64,000 nucleotides of DNA from Felis catus (Eukaryota). This document shows positions 52,150-64,000 of this stretch, in pieces. Position 1 is the first letter of the stretch. Each line of letters opens with the position of its first letter. The translations under genes were made by a program, and so were the position numbers. The notes beneath the pieces are model-generated. The model saw only the letters and a list, made by a program, of their open reading frames with translations. It ran no database searches and was not told the origin of the DNA. The stretch spans positions 24,182,001 through 24,246,000 of the forward strand of contig NC_058369.1 of the NCBI RefSeq assembly GCF_018350175.1, read 5' to 3'.

Positions 52150-54410
52150 TCTGGATACCATCTCTGGGCATAATAACTATTAGAGTTACAGCAAAGAAGG
52201 TATTTGAGACTGATGAAAAAAAAACATATTATTTGCTGGAGTTAAGAACTAAGGGAAGAAAAAGAATTCAACTGAAGATAGCCTGCACAGTGTTTATAAT
52301 GACAAGACAAAACTCCTCCGGGAGTAGAGACTGATAGTTAAGTTGCAGAAAGGTTATTATTATAATAATAAGGAAACAAAGATAAAATTTTAGATTCCTA
52401 CGAAATGGCAATACAGCATCACTTAGTATTACATGGGTGACTAAAGTAAAAGTTAAAGAGTTTCAAAAGTAGGTTTACTTCTACTCTAGGAGAAAATGTT
52501 CCCAGGAAGACTTTAAAGCTAAATCTTTATTTATTCTGATTTAGTTTAGATTAATGGGCATAGAAGTGACTATAAGATGATCTTATTTAACAAAAATAAT
52601 TAAGTTATAATTCACCAAAATGTATAGGGAGGCCTGATTCAAAATAAACATACAATAATAAAAGAAATTTCCTAGGTATCAATAACTGGTTAGAAAATAA
52701 AAGGAATAATACAGCATTCCCCCAAAATTCACCTAACATAAATTTTTAGTAACTTAACAATTATATATATAGTACTGCTTAGGATCTTTAAAAGGAACTA
52801 TCACAAGCCTATAATAGAAAAATGTCAAACCTTTACTGTAAAAGATCTCTGAAATAAACAGAAGTTGTATCAAGTTCATGAACTGGAAGAAATAATATTG
52901 GAAAGATATCATTCTAAAATTATTTTATAGGTTGAGTATAATTCAAATAAAAATTAACAAATTAGTTGACAAGGGTGATCCTGAAATTTACTTGGAATAA
53001 TAGAAAATTAAAGGTTAATAATACTAAAACAAACCAAAATGAAAAGTAGAAACAAACTAGGGTGGAATTTATTTCACTAGATATTTTGAAAATATTATAA
53101 AGCAACAATAATTAAAATTCTGACTCAACAAGCAACAGACATTGATAAAACCAAATGGAAGCTCAGAAACTAAGACATTCATCCAAATGAGACATACAAT
53201 GAACAGTATCAAGATCAGTGGATAAAGAATTATTTGATAAATGCTACTGGGATAATTAGATAATCATTCAAATCATTTAAAAAATATATACGTGAAAACT
53301 TCACCTTTCAAAATGAATCAAAATAAACTAAGGGGGTTAAATTGATGTGAAAGGTAACATTAAAAAAAATTTTAAATGTAGGTGTCTATTCTTGAAATCC
53401 AATAATGACTTCTAAGCATAAAGGAAATGAGAAAATCATACAGGGAAACACAAGCCAAGAAACCTAAAAATAGTTTTACTTATTTAAAAAATACTTCAAT
53501 GAAATTTTATCACAAATCTGGCAGAGATTCTATATAAAGCAAAGAATGACTCATGCAAACCAATGAATGAAATGATAAGCTCAAAAACAAGTGCTTATGT
53601 GACTTAAAGAAACAATTAAGAGAAGAAAAATACCAACAGCTAATAAAGTTATTAAAAACCTCAACCACTCTAGTAATAAAAGAAAATAAAGTTAAAATAA
53701 AAAAAATTCCATCTACACATTTGTCCAAGTTATGTTAAAACAGCAGTTTTCCATGTTGGTTGGGTGTGGCAGAAAGGCTGCCTTCATTGTGTTGGAAGTG
53801 TCAATGCTAGAATTTCTCTAAAATGCATCTTAGCAAGAGCTATCGGGACCTTTCAAAAGTCATTTACCAGGAACTTATTCCATGAAAAACAGAAATGTCT
53901 GGAAACTAATATGGAAAGATGTTTTTCAGAGCATTATATAATGGCAAAAAAAAAAAAAAAAAAGGAGGAAAGGGATGAGCAACATTTGGGGAATGAGTAA
54001 ATACAGTAAAATGTCACATAATCCCTAAGACAGTGTTTTGGAATAACAGTTACTAGAGAAAATGCTGATGAAATGTTATAAAAACAGGATCTACAACTCA
54101 ATAAACACTGACACAATTTGGTGAAAAGAAATAAGAGTATTAAATAAGAACAAAAGAGAAGAAAGGAGACAGAAGAAAGTAAAAAAAGGAAGTAGGGGGA
54201 AGAAGGGAGAAAGGAAAGAAAGAAGAAGACAAAGGGAGAAAGGAAAGGACAAGAATAACAAAAAGATGTCTGGGTAGGGAACCACACAGATGTTCCTAGT
54301 GATTATCTTTGTGTTGTAAGACATCCTGTTATTTTTATTTTCTCCAATAATTCTATACTTTTGTAAATTCTCCACTGTGACCATATGTTATTTTTATAAC
54401 CAGGAAAACA
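52150..54410 (+). mobile_element. Highly degenerate old L1 (ORF2/3'UTR remnant)
   Basis: A-rich, with colinear L1 motifs (GTTCATGAACTGGAAGA, GATCCTGAAATTTACTTGGAA, TTTGATAAATGCTACTGGGATAATTAG, CTCAACCACTCTAGTAATAAAAGAAA); approximate ends. Confidence 0.7.
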
Positions 54411-56082
54411 TGATTATTTTTTAAAAGACTCTTAAGGATAGAAAATCTATCATGCTGTATCCCTATCAGTTCCAAAAAGAACTGGACCCTGAGAATATCT
54501 GCAGACAGGGAGAGTTAAAATAATGAGAGGTTGGCTATACGTCCAGGATGCCAAACCAATGGGTTAGCTTCATTAATTTGAGGAGAAAAGTTTGTTTTTG
54601 CTTCCTGGAGACCCACCACTGTGGTTAATATGAAGGCAAAGTCCAATAAATGCCATATTGTCAAAATTTCTGGAAATGATCTAAAGGTTAACAGAGGCAT
54701 TTCTTTGGTCCTACCTATCCTGACAGGGATGCTGAAATCCTATTGTGGTCCTGATAAATCTTTGCTGCTACAGGAAAAAATGTCCTGCACACGCCCAAAA
54801 TGTGACATACTTTGGTTTTCTTCCTGTCTTTAGTAAATGTGAAACAATTTCAGTGGGATTACTTTACATCTTTTAAAAATGATCTAATGAAAATACTTAT
54901 TTTTCCCAGGGTCAATTTTCAAGCTTAAAGATATTCCAAACTTTGTCCTTCTTCACCTACCCATTGTTTTGAGCCTGCTTACTAACATTCCCATTCAAAT
55001 GTTAAGGGAAAGGAAATGTGGAGTATTTTTCCTGGTCTACTAAAAATCGTATTTGGGGAAAGAGGTTAATAAAGATACACCAACTGAAATTGAGAAATTG
55101 TTTGCGAAAACAAAATTTGTTTTAAAGTTTGGAGAGTGGAGGTTGAATCTAGTTAAATACACCCAAGCATCTTGTATATCATGCTGGATGTAACCTGGAA
55201 TAGCAGCTTAACAAAAGTTGTTGGCTGAATTGTTTCTTTTATCTATGCTATTCTTCCCATGATGTGAATTCATAAATAGGAGGTAATTAGAATGCATTAT
55301 AGCACAGATCACATCTACCAACTGACAAATTCTGGTCACCTTTGGGTAATATTTCACCCAGTAAGCCAGTTGAGTTGACAAAACAAAAAGGTCTTTCTTC
55401 TTTAATAAGTTAAAGAAAACAAGTAAACTGCTTCATATAAATGCACACCTGTCATTAGGATTAAAAAAATCAGTGGTGGCATCTGGGCTAGCCATTTTAC
55501 ATATATTTTTACTAGTTACCTGTTTTGTGTACCATTAAGCTATAATCAGAATTGTTACTATCTGTTATTAGGAGGCTATATTTTAGTTTGTCCTCGGCCA
55601 AATGACATGTTTTTAACTGTTACAAAACCCACAATAATGTTCATCATTTACCAATTTCAAAGAGCATAGCCCTATTTTTAAATCTAAACCTATTTTAACT
55701 TCTATCATTTGTATATAATTTACATCGAGCTGCTTGCTGCTTTATGAAATGCTATCCCATTTCACATAGGTAACTATGAGTTAGAAGGATCTAAGAAAGA
55801 ATTCCCTGAGCCCAGATCTGCAGCTGACCTCAGCTTTTCTATAAAGTTTAGAAGGATGTGATAGCAGAGCTGGCAATATTTTCTTGAGTTCTTAATTTTT
55901 AAATTTCACATTCAAAAGAAATGGCAGTGGCCTTTGCACAGATCATTTCTTTTGACAAAACGGAAATGGGAAGAGACTCATAACTATTTTTAAAACCTCC
56001 CCACTATGGTACACCGTGACATGTGATCAATGGATCCTCATGCTTTGATATGTTACAGCGGGAACTTTCAGAAATGACTTAC

Positions 56083-56118
56083 TGGGTTGTACATCTGATT
56101 GAACAACTGCTCAGCTTG
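56083..56118 (-). CDS. ERC2: Putative alternative 36-nt cassette exon, phase 0-0: QAEQLFNQMYNP
   Basis: Minus strand reads CCTCCCCAACTTTGCAATGTAG|CAAGCTGAGCAGTTGTTCAATCAGATGTACAACCCA|GTAAGT. Twelve open codons match the phase-0 intron; there is a pyrimidine tract and a 71-nt AG-free zone upstream. Confidence 0.75.
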
Positions 56119-59100
56119 CTACATTGCAAAGTTGGGGAGGCATTGAAGCACAGACAGGGAAAGAAGGAAAGATCCAGAAAAACAGCATTAGCTCAACAAA
56201 TCCAGTGCATTTGCACAGACAAACTGGTCGTTAAAAAAGAAGAAATTTCAGTTTCTAAACATTCCACGGTGAAAGTGAGAGGCTCTAGGGAAATAAAAAT
56301 GTTGACTTTGGCTCCTAAAAAAGAATAGCTGGAATAAGAAATTTAAGGTTTGTGTTACTTTCCCTTTCTCAAGTTAAATAACCCATGAAATAAAGAAAGC
56401 TGTCCACTTTTGATGATACATGAAGTGCTGGCCTCTAGCAATGAATCAGAAGAAGTACTTTTGGCCAAGCCTGCAATTTATTACCTGAACTTCAAAGATG
56501 GTAATAATAAAAGATTAATTAAATCTTATCATTGAATTTATAGCTCTTTTTTTTATATTAACACAAGCCTGAAGTTTCTATTCAGTCTAACTTTAGGAAA
56601 ATATAGATCAGCAAACAGCAGGTTAGCAATAGCAAATATCAGTAAGCAAGACATTACAGGATTAACAGTAAATGGGAGAAGAAAAAATTAAGTCACCAGG
56701 AAGAATAAAGGGAACCAAAATACAGTATTATCCATTTCCCATTACCAACTTGTACTGTTAGTTCATAATTAACAAAAAATATAATTTTTAGTGACTATCC
56801 TATTATGTTCCAAGTGCTTCAGAATTTGTAATGCTCTCCAGTCTTTTTTGTGTAGAAGATTTAAATTTTGGTGGATATAAATGTACTGAATATTATTTTA
56901 AATATCACTCCCTGGTTCTATTTCTTAAATACCTGCATCATTAACCTGGGGCTCAACGTCAAGGTGTAGAAGATGAAATATTGTAAGAAATTTCACTTTG
57001 CTTTACGCTGAGACATGTATGTGCCTTTAAAGAGCCTGAATTTTTTATTTGTTCAACTTTGATGAAGTAAATGATAATCTTGCCCTGGTTAAAAAAACAC
57101 CCACTCTCCTCAAAGATGATATTAATTGGAAAATTACCAAATACCACAAATTATAATGTTTTGAATCATTCTTAATTGATTTCTAGACACACAAGGTAAA
57201 CTTACTTCTACATATTGAACACCATATATTCTTGAAAGACAAAACTACCCACTTGTCACTAATCAGGTTCTTCTCAACCCCTGGGTGTCTATTTAAGATT
57301 AATGAACACACTAATTTGTAAAGCATGCTCATAACTAGTTGTTGTATGTTATGTGGTTAATACCATCTTATCAGCCTCACAAATATCAGTAAAACTGTCC
57401 TCACACATGAATATCTGATGTGTGAATATCTGTTTTTAAGAGGTGAGATGCAATGTGTAAGGACTAATTCCTTTTCTGCCTTTAACCATTCTTCATCATG
57501 AAGGATTTGGAGACTTAAATTAACAGTACAGTAAAGGATTAAAAGTAACTATGCATGTGAATGTTCTCCATAAACTTTTATGTAAAAACTCACCTTACCA
57601 ATGTCAAGAATTGTTCATAAGACCAAAATAAATTTAAATCACAATTTGGATGCCACTGTAATTGGCAGACAAGGTTTCTGTTCAGCTAAACACATCTACA
57701 ATGTGGTGTACATTTTATGGCAAAAATACCTGGACGCTCACAAATCTTGAGCAAAATTCCATTGGGAATTCATGGTTTATTTATGACATAATAAAACTAT
57801 TATGTTTTCAGCTTTCATTTAGTAACCCTTTATATTTTATTCACAAGTCACATACCCTTTTATTTAAAAGGAGGCCCAGACACTCCTTAAGCTTTTATAG
57901 CTGCTTATTTTTCCATGAGTAAATGATGTGTTTATATGTATATTCACATACTGTTGGCTTATATTTTCAAATATTTCATGTAGATCTCAATTCTTTTTAA
58001 GGTGATGGGCACTTGAGGTTTTTATGGAACTATTTATTAGCAGAAATTAAAGACTACTAGGAAAAGTATTTTAAACTTTTGAATTTAGTTAATGCTAGAG
58101 AGCCAAGAATAACAAAATAGCATCTGCAGGTTAGGTATGAAAATATTTAAATTATAATTACTTTATTTAATCTCACTGTACTATGCATTTAGGAGATAGT
58201 ATAAGCAAACATTATTTATACACTTAGAAATAAGTTATCTTTTCATAAATTAAATAGGTCCTTTACAGCAAGACAACCATATTTGTTACTTTAATCCTGG
58301 TGATGTGACAGAAGGTTAAAATATTGTCAGGAATAATGCTAAAATGTTTATAGGATTTGCTATATGAACTTCAGCACACCATGTCTACCTGAGAGTTTAA
58401 GAAAACCACATGCTGTGAGTGATACTTTGGGCAAATCAGAGCTACCTTGAAGGAAACTAAATTGAAATGCTTAGATAGATGTTCTCTTATTAAACTAGTC
58501 AAGTCACATACAAGGAAACTGTATCATTATGTGAACCTCTTCCTTTTTAATTACTAGAGGGTTTTAAATTCCACAGGTGATTTACACTAAAAGGGAGCAT
58601 GTCGAGTATGTATCTGCAGAATTAATATGTGCAGTGGCCTCATCTCCATAAGGGCTACAAAGAGTTCATGAGGTGTCTTTCATGGCCAGGTCTAATTGAG
58701 GTCCTCCTTCTTCAAGACTCAGCACAATGCAACTGAGGTAAGCTAATGCAAAGCAACTTAATGAAGTTCTCTCTCAGTATCTTAAAGCCTGCCTTGTGAT
58801 CACAAAACTGTTCATTAAATTAAAAGTACCTTTCATGGGCTCATTTCTTGATACGTACATGCATGTATAACATATTACAGCACACATTCATTATATGTGT
58901 CAAGAATGTATTATCATACACCCAATGCATAAATAGACAACTCAATTGCTACTTAAGCACCCTCAAATGGGAAAATTAAATTCTTATATTTATTGTTCAA
59001 GATGGCTGCTTAACTAGATAATACTTGAAAAAAAGTGAGATGCTGAGTGGATTGGAAAGCAGATTATGCAATACAGACATTTTCTTGCTGTTTTGCTATA

Positions 59101-60150
59101 GAGGGATTTGATCTCCATATTTATCTTTAGAAAGGAGACTTTACTAGTGTGAAATTTCTCAGGACAATTTCCTAAAATTCCATGGTAAACTGAACATTTC
59201 AGTTATGTATTGTATCGTACAAAATAGTATATTCAATTTTTATATATTCAGAATAATTTCTCCACAGATATATGATGCTTTAGCATCCTTATCATCCACA
59301 TCATATATTTTCATAACTTTATCAAATAAATCCCCATTCCAGTGTGCTATACATTATATATAATCAAACGTTATGATATGCTTTGATTATTTAGATTCTT
59401 ATCACCTCTTTTGAATAAGTGTATAAGCTGTCAAAGGGAAACAAAATGCTTAAACTCATAAAGTTATGAGTTTTATGTGGACAATGAGTGCAGACGTACC
59501 AAACAACACAGGGAAAAAGTCAAAGGAACAATGCATGACTGGAAATGTACTCCACAAAAATGTCCAGTTCAGAGAAAACATGTTAATGCTACAATGTAAA
59601 GATGCTGTTTTCTTTTCCAAAGTCTTCTACATTCAACAAGCTTTCTAAGACATTAAGGTCATTTTTGGTTAAGTATAAAGAGTCATCCCACAGATAGTCT
59701 AGAGATTTTGACTATTTGGGCAGACTTTTAGAAATTTATATTGTCAGGTAAACTTTTACAAAGTTCTAATACAATAATTGGCCTACTTCTGAAAGTAGTA
59801 AAAGTTTATCAATATAAATGGGGCCCCTGGATTCTTTGATTTGTTACAAACATTTCCATTTATCTTTTTTAAAGTTGAGATTTCCCCAGTGAGTAACAGC
59901 TTGTTTTTATAATATTTTTTTACTTCCATTACTATTTTCATCTATTTTTCAAGTTTTTTTCAGACAGGAAACCTAAGATATTTTTTTTAGGTTCACTAAC
60001 CAATTTGATGCAGACTTCTTAAGCTAAGAGTGCCTAATTCTCTTATCAGCAGACAGCAAAAGATAAGGGGTTTGTTTCTTTGCAAAATATCTCTTCCTTT
60101 TCCATTTTATATATTCATAATGAGCATTTATTTTCTTGGACTTCACTTAC

Positions 60151-60291
60151 CTTTTTTAACTGTGCTTCCAATTTGCTACATTCTTCTTTCTTTTGTTCAA
60201 TGGCTATTTCCAGAGATTTTAATTTGGAGTCCCTTTTCAGTCCTGCTGAGGCTAATGAAGATGCATGTTCCTTGAGGTCAATTAAACTAGA
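60151..60291 (-). CDS. ERC2: ERC2 coding exon, 141 nt, phase 0-0: SSLIDLKEHASSLASAGLKRDSKLKSLEIAIEQKKEECSKLEAQLKK
   Basis: Acceptor TTCTTTCCTTTCAG|TCT, donor AAG|GTAAGT; 47 open codons; inside ORF 60115..60369. Confidence 0.96.
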
Positions 60292-61279
60292 CTGAAAGGA
60301 AAGAACACTAGTGAGTAAAACACTACAATTTCTACTAGTCTTCAATTTGAATACATTGATTCTATGCATAGCAATAAAGTGTGCATTAGACAGAAAGGGT
60401 AAATATAGTCTTACTAAGGTAACAATAGCTGGCTCTGGCCAGGAAATTAAAATTGGCCAGCTTACAGAACTGAGCAGGATCTAACTGCAATAGAATCAAA
60501 TGTGACCAAATGGTGTGGTCAGTAAATGCATGTTTCACATCTCAAAGTCATGCTAATGATGTAAGTCCCAAGGTGGTCTTTACATGTCATGGCAAAACAG
60601 ACACCCTCAACCTTCCATTTACATTTATTGCTGTCAAATCGTGCAGACGCTAAGACAAATATGAAAGAAAATACTGATTTTAATGCCTTTCCCTCCCAAA
60701 GGACAAATCAAATATAAAAGAAGCATCCTGTTTTTATCAAATTCCATTTCTTTAACAGAAAAATAACCAATGGTTTTTAAAATATCTTCTGTAGAATCAC
60801 AGATAAAATTATTTTAAAATTTAGAGCAGACTTTATGTCCCAAGCCTTTAAAAATCCAAATTCAACAGATATAATGAAACCCCAACTCAGACATGGCTTT
60901 ACCTAAGTTGTTCCACTCATCAGTCATGCCCAGAAACCAAGATCTCTCCTAGACAGTCTGAATTCTAAAAAGTAAGGAAGTAAATACTTGCATATATCAT
61001 GGAACATAATTCTGCTGAGCTACAAAGGCATATCTATCACCAAACATGAAACACAGTTAGCAAAATCTAACTATGTGACTAAAATATTTAGGTTTTACCC
61101 AAAATCAGGCCTTGTGTATTTCCATTTTGGCCATTTGCAGCACCTAGAAAGACACTAAGCACACAGGGGCCATTTAGTAAATGATGTTACCTAAAATTTG
61201 TGTCAGAACTGCTTCCTGGACCTTGGAATAACCTCGTTAATAAAGACACCACCTCCATCACTCAGCAAACAATCTAACT

Positions 61280-61440
61280 CCTAACAACCCTCTGAAGGAC
61301 AGGTTAGCCACTCTCATTTTTCGGTCAAGAAACTGAGGCTCACATGAACTGAGCACCTTCTCTGAGGTTTGTGCTCTATTAAAGGAAGATACAGGTCCCA
61401 AACCCAGAATTCTGACTCCAATTTCAATGCTCTTCATCAT
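61280..61440 (-). mobile_element. MIR SINE fragment
   Basis: CTCATTTTTCGGTCAAGAAACTGAGGCTCA...CCAAACCCAGAATTCTGACTCCA. Confidence 0.7.
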
Positions 61441-61575
61441 ACCACTCCCACAGAAATAATAAAGGACTTTGCAAGCCAGGCATTTTGCCATGGTGAAGGT
61501 GATTATCACCTTAACTAAATTATAAGCTGACAACAATTATATGTTGTTTTTCTTTATACACTTTAAATTTCCAGG

Positions 61576-61982
61576 TCTGATAGCTTTATGTATCAACTTG
61601 GCTAGGCTATAGTCCCCAGTTATTCAATCAAACACTAATCTAGGTGTTGCTTTGGAGGTACTTTATAGATGGGAGTACCACCTACCATCAGTTGACTTTA
61701 AGTAAAGGATATTATTTTCCAAATCTGGGTGAGCCTGATCCTACCAGTTGAAAGGCCTTAAGAGCAGGACTGAGATTTCCCTGAGAAGGAAGAAATCCAC
61801 CTGTGGACTGTTGTGCCAATTCCTGTCTGGAGTGTTTCCAGCCTGCTCTTTCTGATGGCCTGCCCTATGAATTTCAGACTTGCCCCCATAACTATATAAG
61901 CCAATTTCTTGCAATAAATTTCTTAATGTGGTTAAATTTCTTAATGCAGTTCTGTTTTTCTGGTGGAACCTTGACTGACACA
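61576..61982 (+). mobile_element. ERVL solo LTR (MLT2-like)
   Basis: TTTATGTATCAACTTGGCTAGGCTATAGTCCCCAGTTATTCAATCAAACACTAATCTAGGTGTTGCT...TTCTGGTGGAACCTTGACTGACACA. Confidence 0.9.
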
Positions 61983-62127
61983 CCTATCTCAGTGGCAGGC
62001 ACATTACTATACAGGAACAATAAATGTTTGCTGAAATGCCTGTCTGAAATCATATAATGTAGGCATTGTTTACAAAATTATTTTCATTTAAAGCTATGCT
62101 CCACCATGTCATCAAGAGCTCTTTATA

Positions 62128-62130
<3 letters not shown>

Positions 62131-62175
<45 letters not shown>
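62131..62175 (+). repeat. (CA)n microsatellite
   Basis: About 22 perfect units. Confidence 0.98.
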
Positions 62176-62181
<6 letters not shown>

Positions 62182-63419
62182 TCAAGGTGCAAACCCATTA
62201 ATAACACTTATAATCAGTTATTCAAATTGCAAATGAGGTCAAAGCTTCTGTGCCTTCTGACACATACCAACTACATTCATTACAGATCCCCCAAGTTAGA
62301 TTTAGCACTGAAATAGTAGGAATAGTAGGATTTATACTCTTTATTTTTGTATCAAAGAAATAATATCCTCTGTAAAATAAAACAAAAACAAAAACAACCT
62401 AGTGTGCTTATTTTAGGGAAAATGAATTTTATTTCTATTACTTATCAATTCTTCCCCTCTTGGATTACTCATTGAGACAGTACTTTCATTTGTATAGAAT
62501 TATCAAAACCCAAGGGATGAGGTAACAATGTGGGGCTGAAAAATGGACAAGTAGGCAGTGATATAGTACAATAAGGTGAAAGGATCTGTAACAGCCAAAA
62601 GGAGATGGACATTTCCTGTGGACAAAAATAAGTATGGAGGGGCCAATTGTGGACAATGGCACATATCTCAGAGTTTTGGAGACTGGAAAAAATACCATGC
62701 ATTACTGCTCCTCAAACTTTTCCATCAAAGTATCCCTAAGTAAACTAAAGGAGTTACAAGTATCCCTCCAAGCATGGGGAAGATAGCCCAAAGCATCCTC
62801 TCCATAACCCCCAAGCAAGAAATTTCTTTAAAGTATATTGTTTTACTTTAAAAATGTGGCTACAATTTTTATTCTGTATCCATGTTTCTCTAGCATGAAA
62901 ATATTGTTTTAAGTCATTTACCATAATGTAAAATTGATATTCCAGAAGAGTAGCCACATTTAACCTACACTTTGTGTCCAGCATGGTACCGTATCTCCTA
63001 ACGTGGAAGTATTGAGTGATCCTTTTGGGAAGCACAGATGAATGTAGAGTACCCAACACAAAGATTAGTATATAACAGGCCCTCAATAAAGTGGATATGT
63101 TGTTATTATTATTGATATTGTTGTTACCCCAAGCAAAAGATCCTGGGACATTGAAAAAATATAGAATAAGCCACACAAATGTGGTTAAGACAACAAGAAA
63201 ACTTTCAAGGAGCTACACTGTACACAGAGCAGAGAAGAGAAGCATAGGGCATCCTGCTGAAGGGAGTTACAGTAAATATTTTCCTTTGAATTCAGGCAGT
63301 TTTGCAAAGGAAACTATGTCCCCAAAGTCTTCACACAGCCCCTCAAACAAACTCTTTAGTCTCTTGAGGCTCCCATGAATGGGACTATCAGCATAGTTCA
63401 TTTGTTTTTCCAGACTCAC

Positions 63420-63560
63420 CTCTTTTTCAGTCAGTTCAGCTTGTAAAGCATTGACCTTCTCTTTCAGGTCTTTGTTCTCTTTTCGGAAAGATTCTATTTC
63501 TTCTAATCTTTCTCGATCATCTCTCTCCCGCTGTTCTTTCAAACGCTCAATTATTCTCTC
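63420..63560 (-). CDS. ERC2: ERC2 coding exon, 141 nt, phase 0-0: ERIIERLKEQRERDDRERLEEIESFRKENKDLKEKVNALQAELTEKE
   Basis: Acceptor TGTCTCAAAG|GAG, donor GAG|GTGAGT on the minus strand; 47 open codons; overlaps ORF 63267..63542. Confidence 0.96.
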
Positions 63561-64000
63561 CTTTGAGACAAGTGTTAAAAAAGAGGAAGTGAGAAACCAT
63601 CAGTGTGTGTGTGCTAAGGCATGCTACAAAAGGAAATGGGAGGCAATAAATGTAAGAAATGCTCTATATGAATCAACACATGCAAGATAGTCTAAATTGG
63701 GTTTGTTATGCACATATAACAGCATTTGGGAAAGATAATCAATATGGCTTTTGGCTTACTAATAAAATTTAGCATCACAGCGTTGCAAGGGACTTTAATG
63801 TTCAAGCTCTGAGGCTGTTTTGGTCCATGGCAGTACTTGGAAAATTCTAAAAGCAGTTCCAGAAGATGGAGGTTTAGGCACCATGACTCTAGACTTACTA
63901 AAGCCTTCAATGGACAAGTGGAAGAAGTGAAACTAACTTCTTGGTTCAACCCTCTTTGCTTGGCTTTTCCATTTGATATCAAAAAAACTTCCTTGGTTTC

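Larger units (their letters stand above)
1..64000 (-). other. ERC2: Internal portion of the ERC2 (ELKS/RAB6-interacting/CAST family member 2) transcription unit; both gene ends lie outside the window
   Basis: Four minus-strand exons with canonical splice sites join in frame into a coiled-coil peptide I recognise as the C-terminal half of ERC2 (e.g. KAQAEVDRLLEILKEVENEKNDKDKKIAELE, HMKDQNKKVANLKHNQQLEKKKNAQLLEEVRRREDSMADNSQHLQ). The paralogue ERC1 differs in these segments as I recall it. Confidence 0.96.

Noticed and set aside
54715..54767. 53-nt pseudo-exon (TTTTTTCCTGTAG|...TAG|GTAGGA) on the minus strand
   Set aside because: Frameshifting, modest donor, no additional supporting motif; such pseudo-exons are common in long introns
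22462..62175. Apparent bias toward (UG)n tracts on the transcribed strand
   Set aside because: Too few tracts to be meaningful, and apart from the 18.2-kb case none has convincing adjacent splice sites
1..64000. CRISPR array, operon, rRNA, tRNA or other prokaryote-type system
   Set aside because: No regularly spaced repeat-spacer array or dense coding; the window is mammalian intron-exon DNA

Overview
Mammalian genomic DNA from a felid (cat-type Can-SINE/SINEC_Fc elements with target-site duplications). The whole window lies inside the minus-strand ERC2 gene (ELKS2/CAST1, presynaptic active-zone coiled-coil scaffold). Four constitutive-looking coding exons with GT-AG boundaries (63420-63560, 60151-60291, 45587-45780, 5114-5249) join in frame. 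Reading the introns by hand gave two small frame-preserving exons that the ORF track does not show as such: a 12-nt microexon (39759-39770, giving ...AELE-SLTL-RHMK...) and a 36-nt cassette (56083-56118, QAEQLFNQMYNP). Both have a CTAATGC distant branch-point motif, a long AG-free zone and a UGC motif near the acceptor. Weaker candidates for poison or cryptic exons, inverted SINE pairs, a head-to-head SINE fusion and an unexplained ~110-bp diverged direct repeat are also reported. The rest is ordinary intronic repeat content (Can-SINE, MIR, L1, L2, MaLR/ERVL LTRs, MER58, microsatellites). I see no prokaryote-type system, CRISPR array or RNA gene. Repeat family names are by-eye recognitions, and the boundaries of old repeats are approximate.
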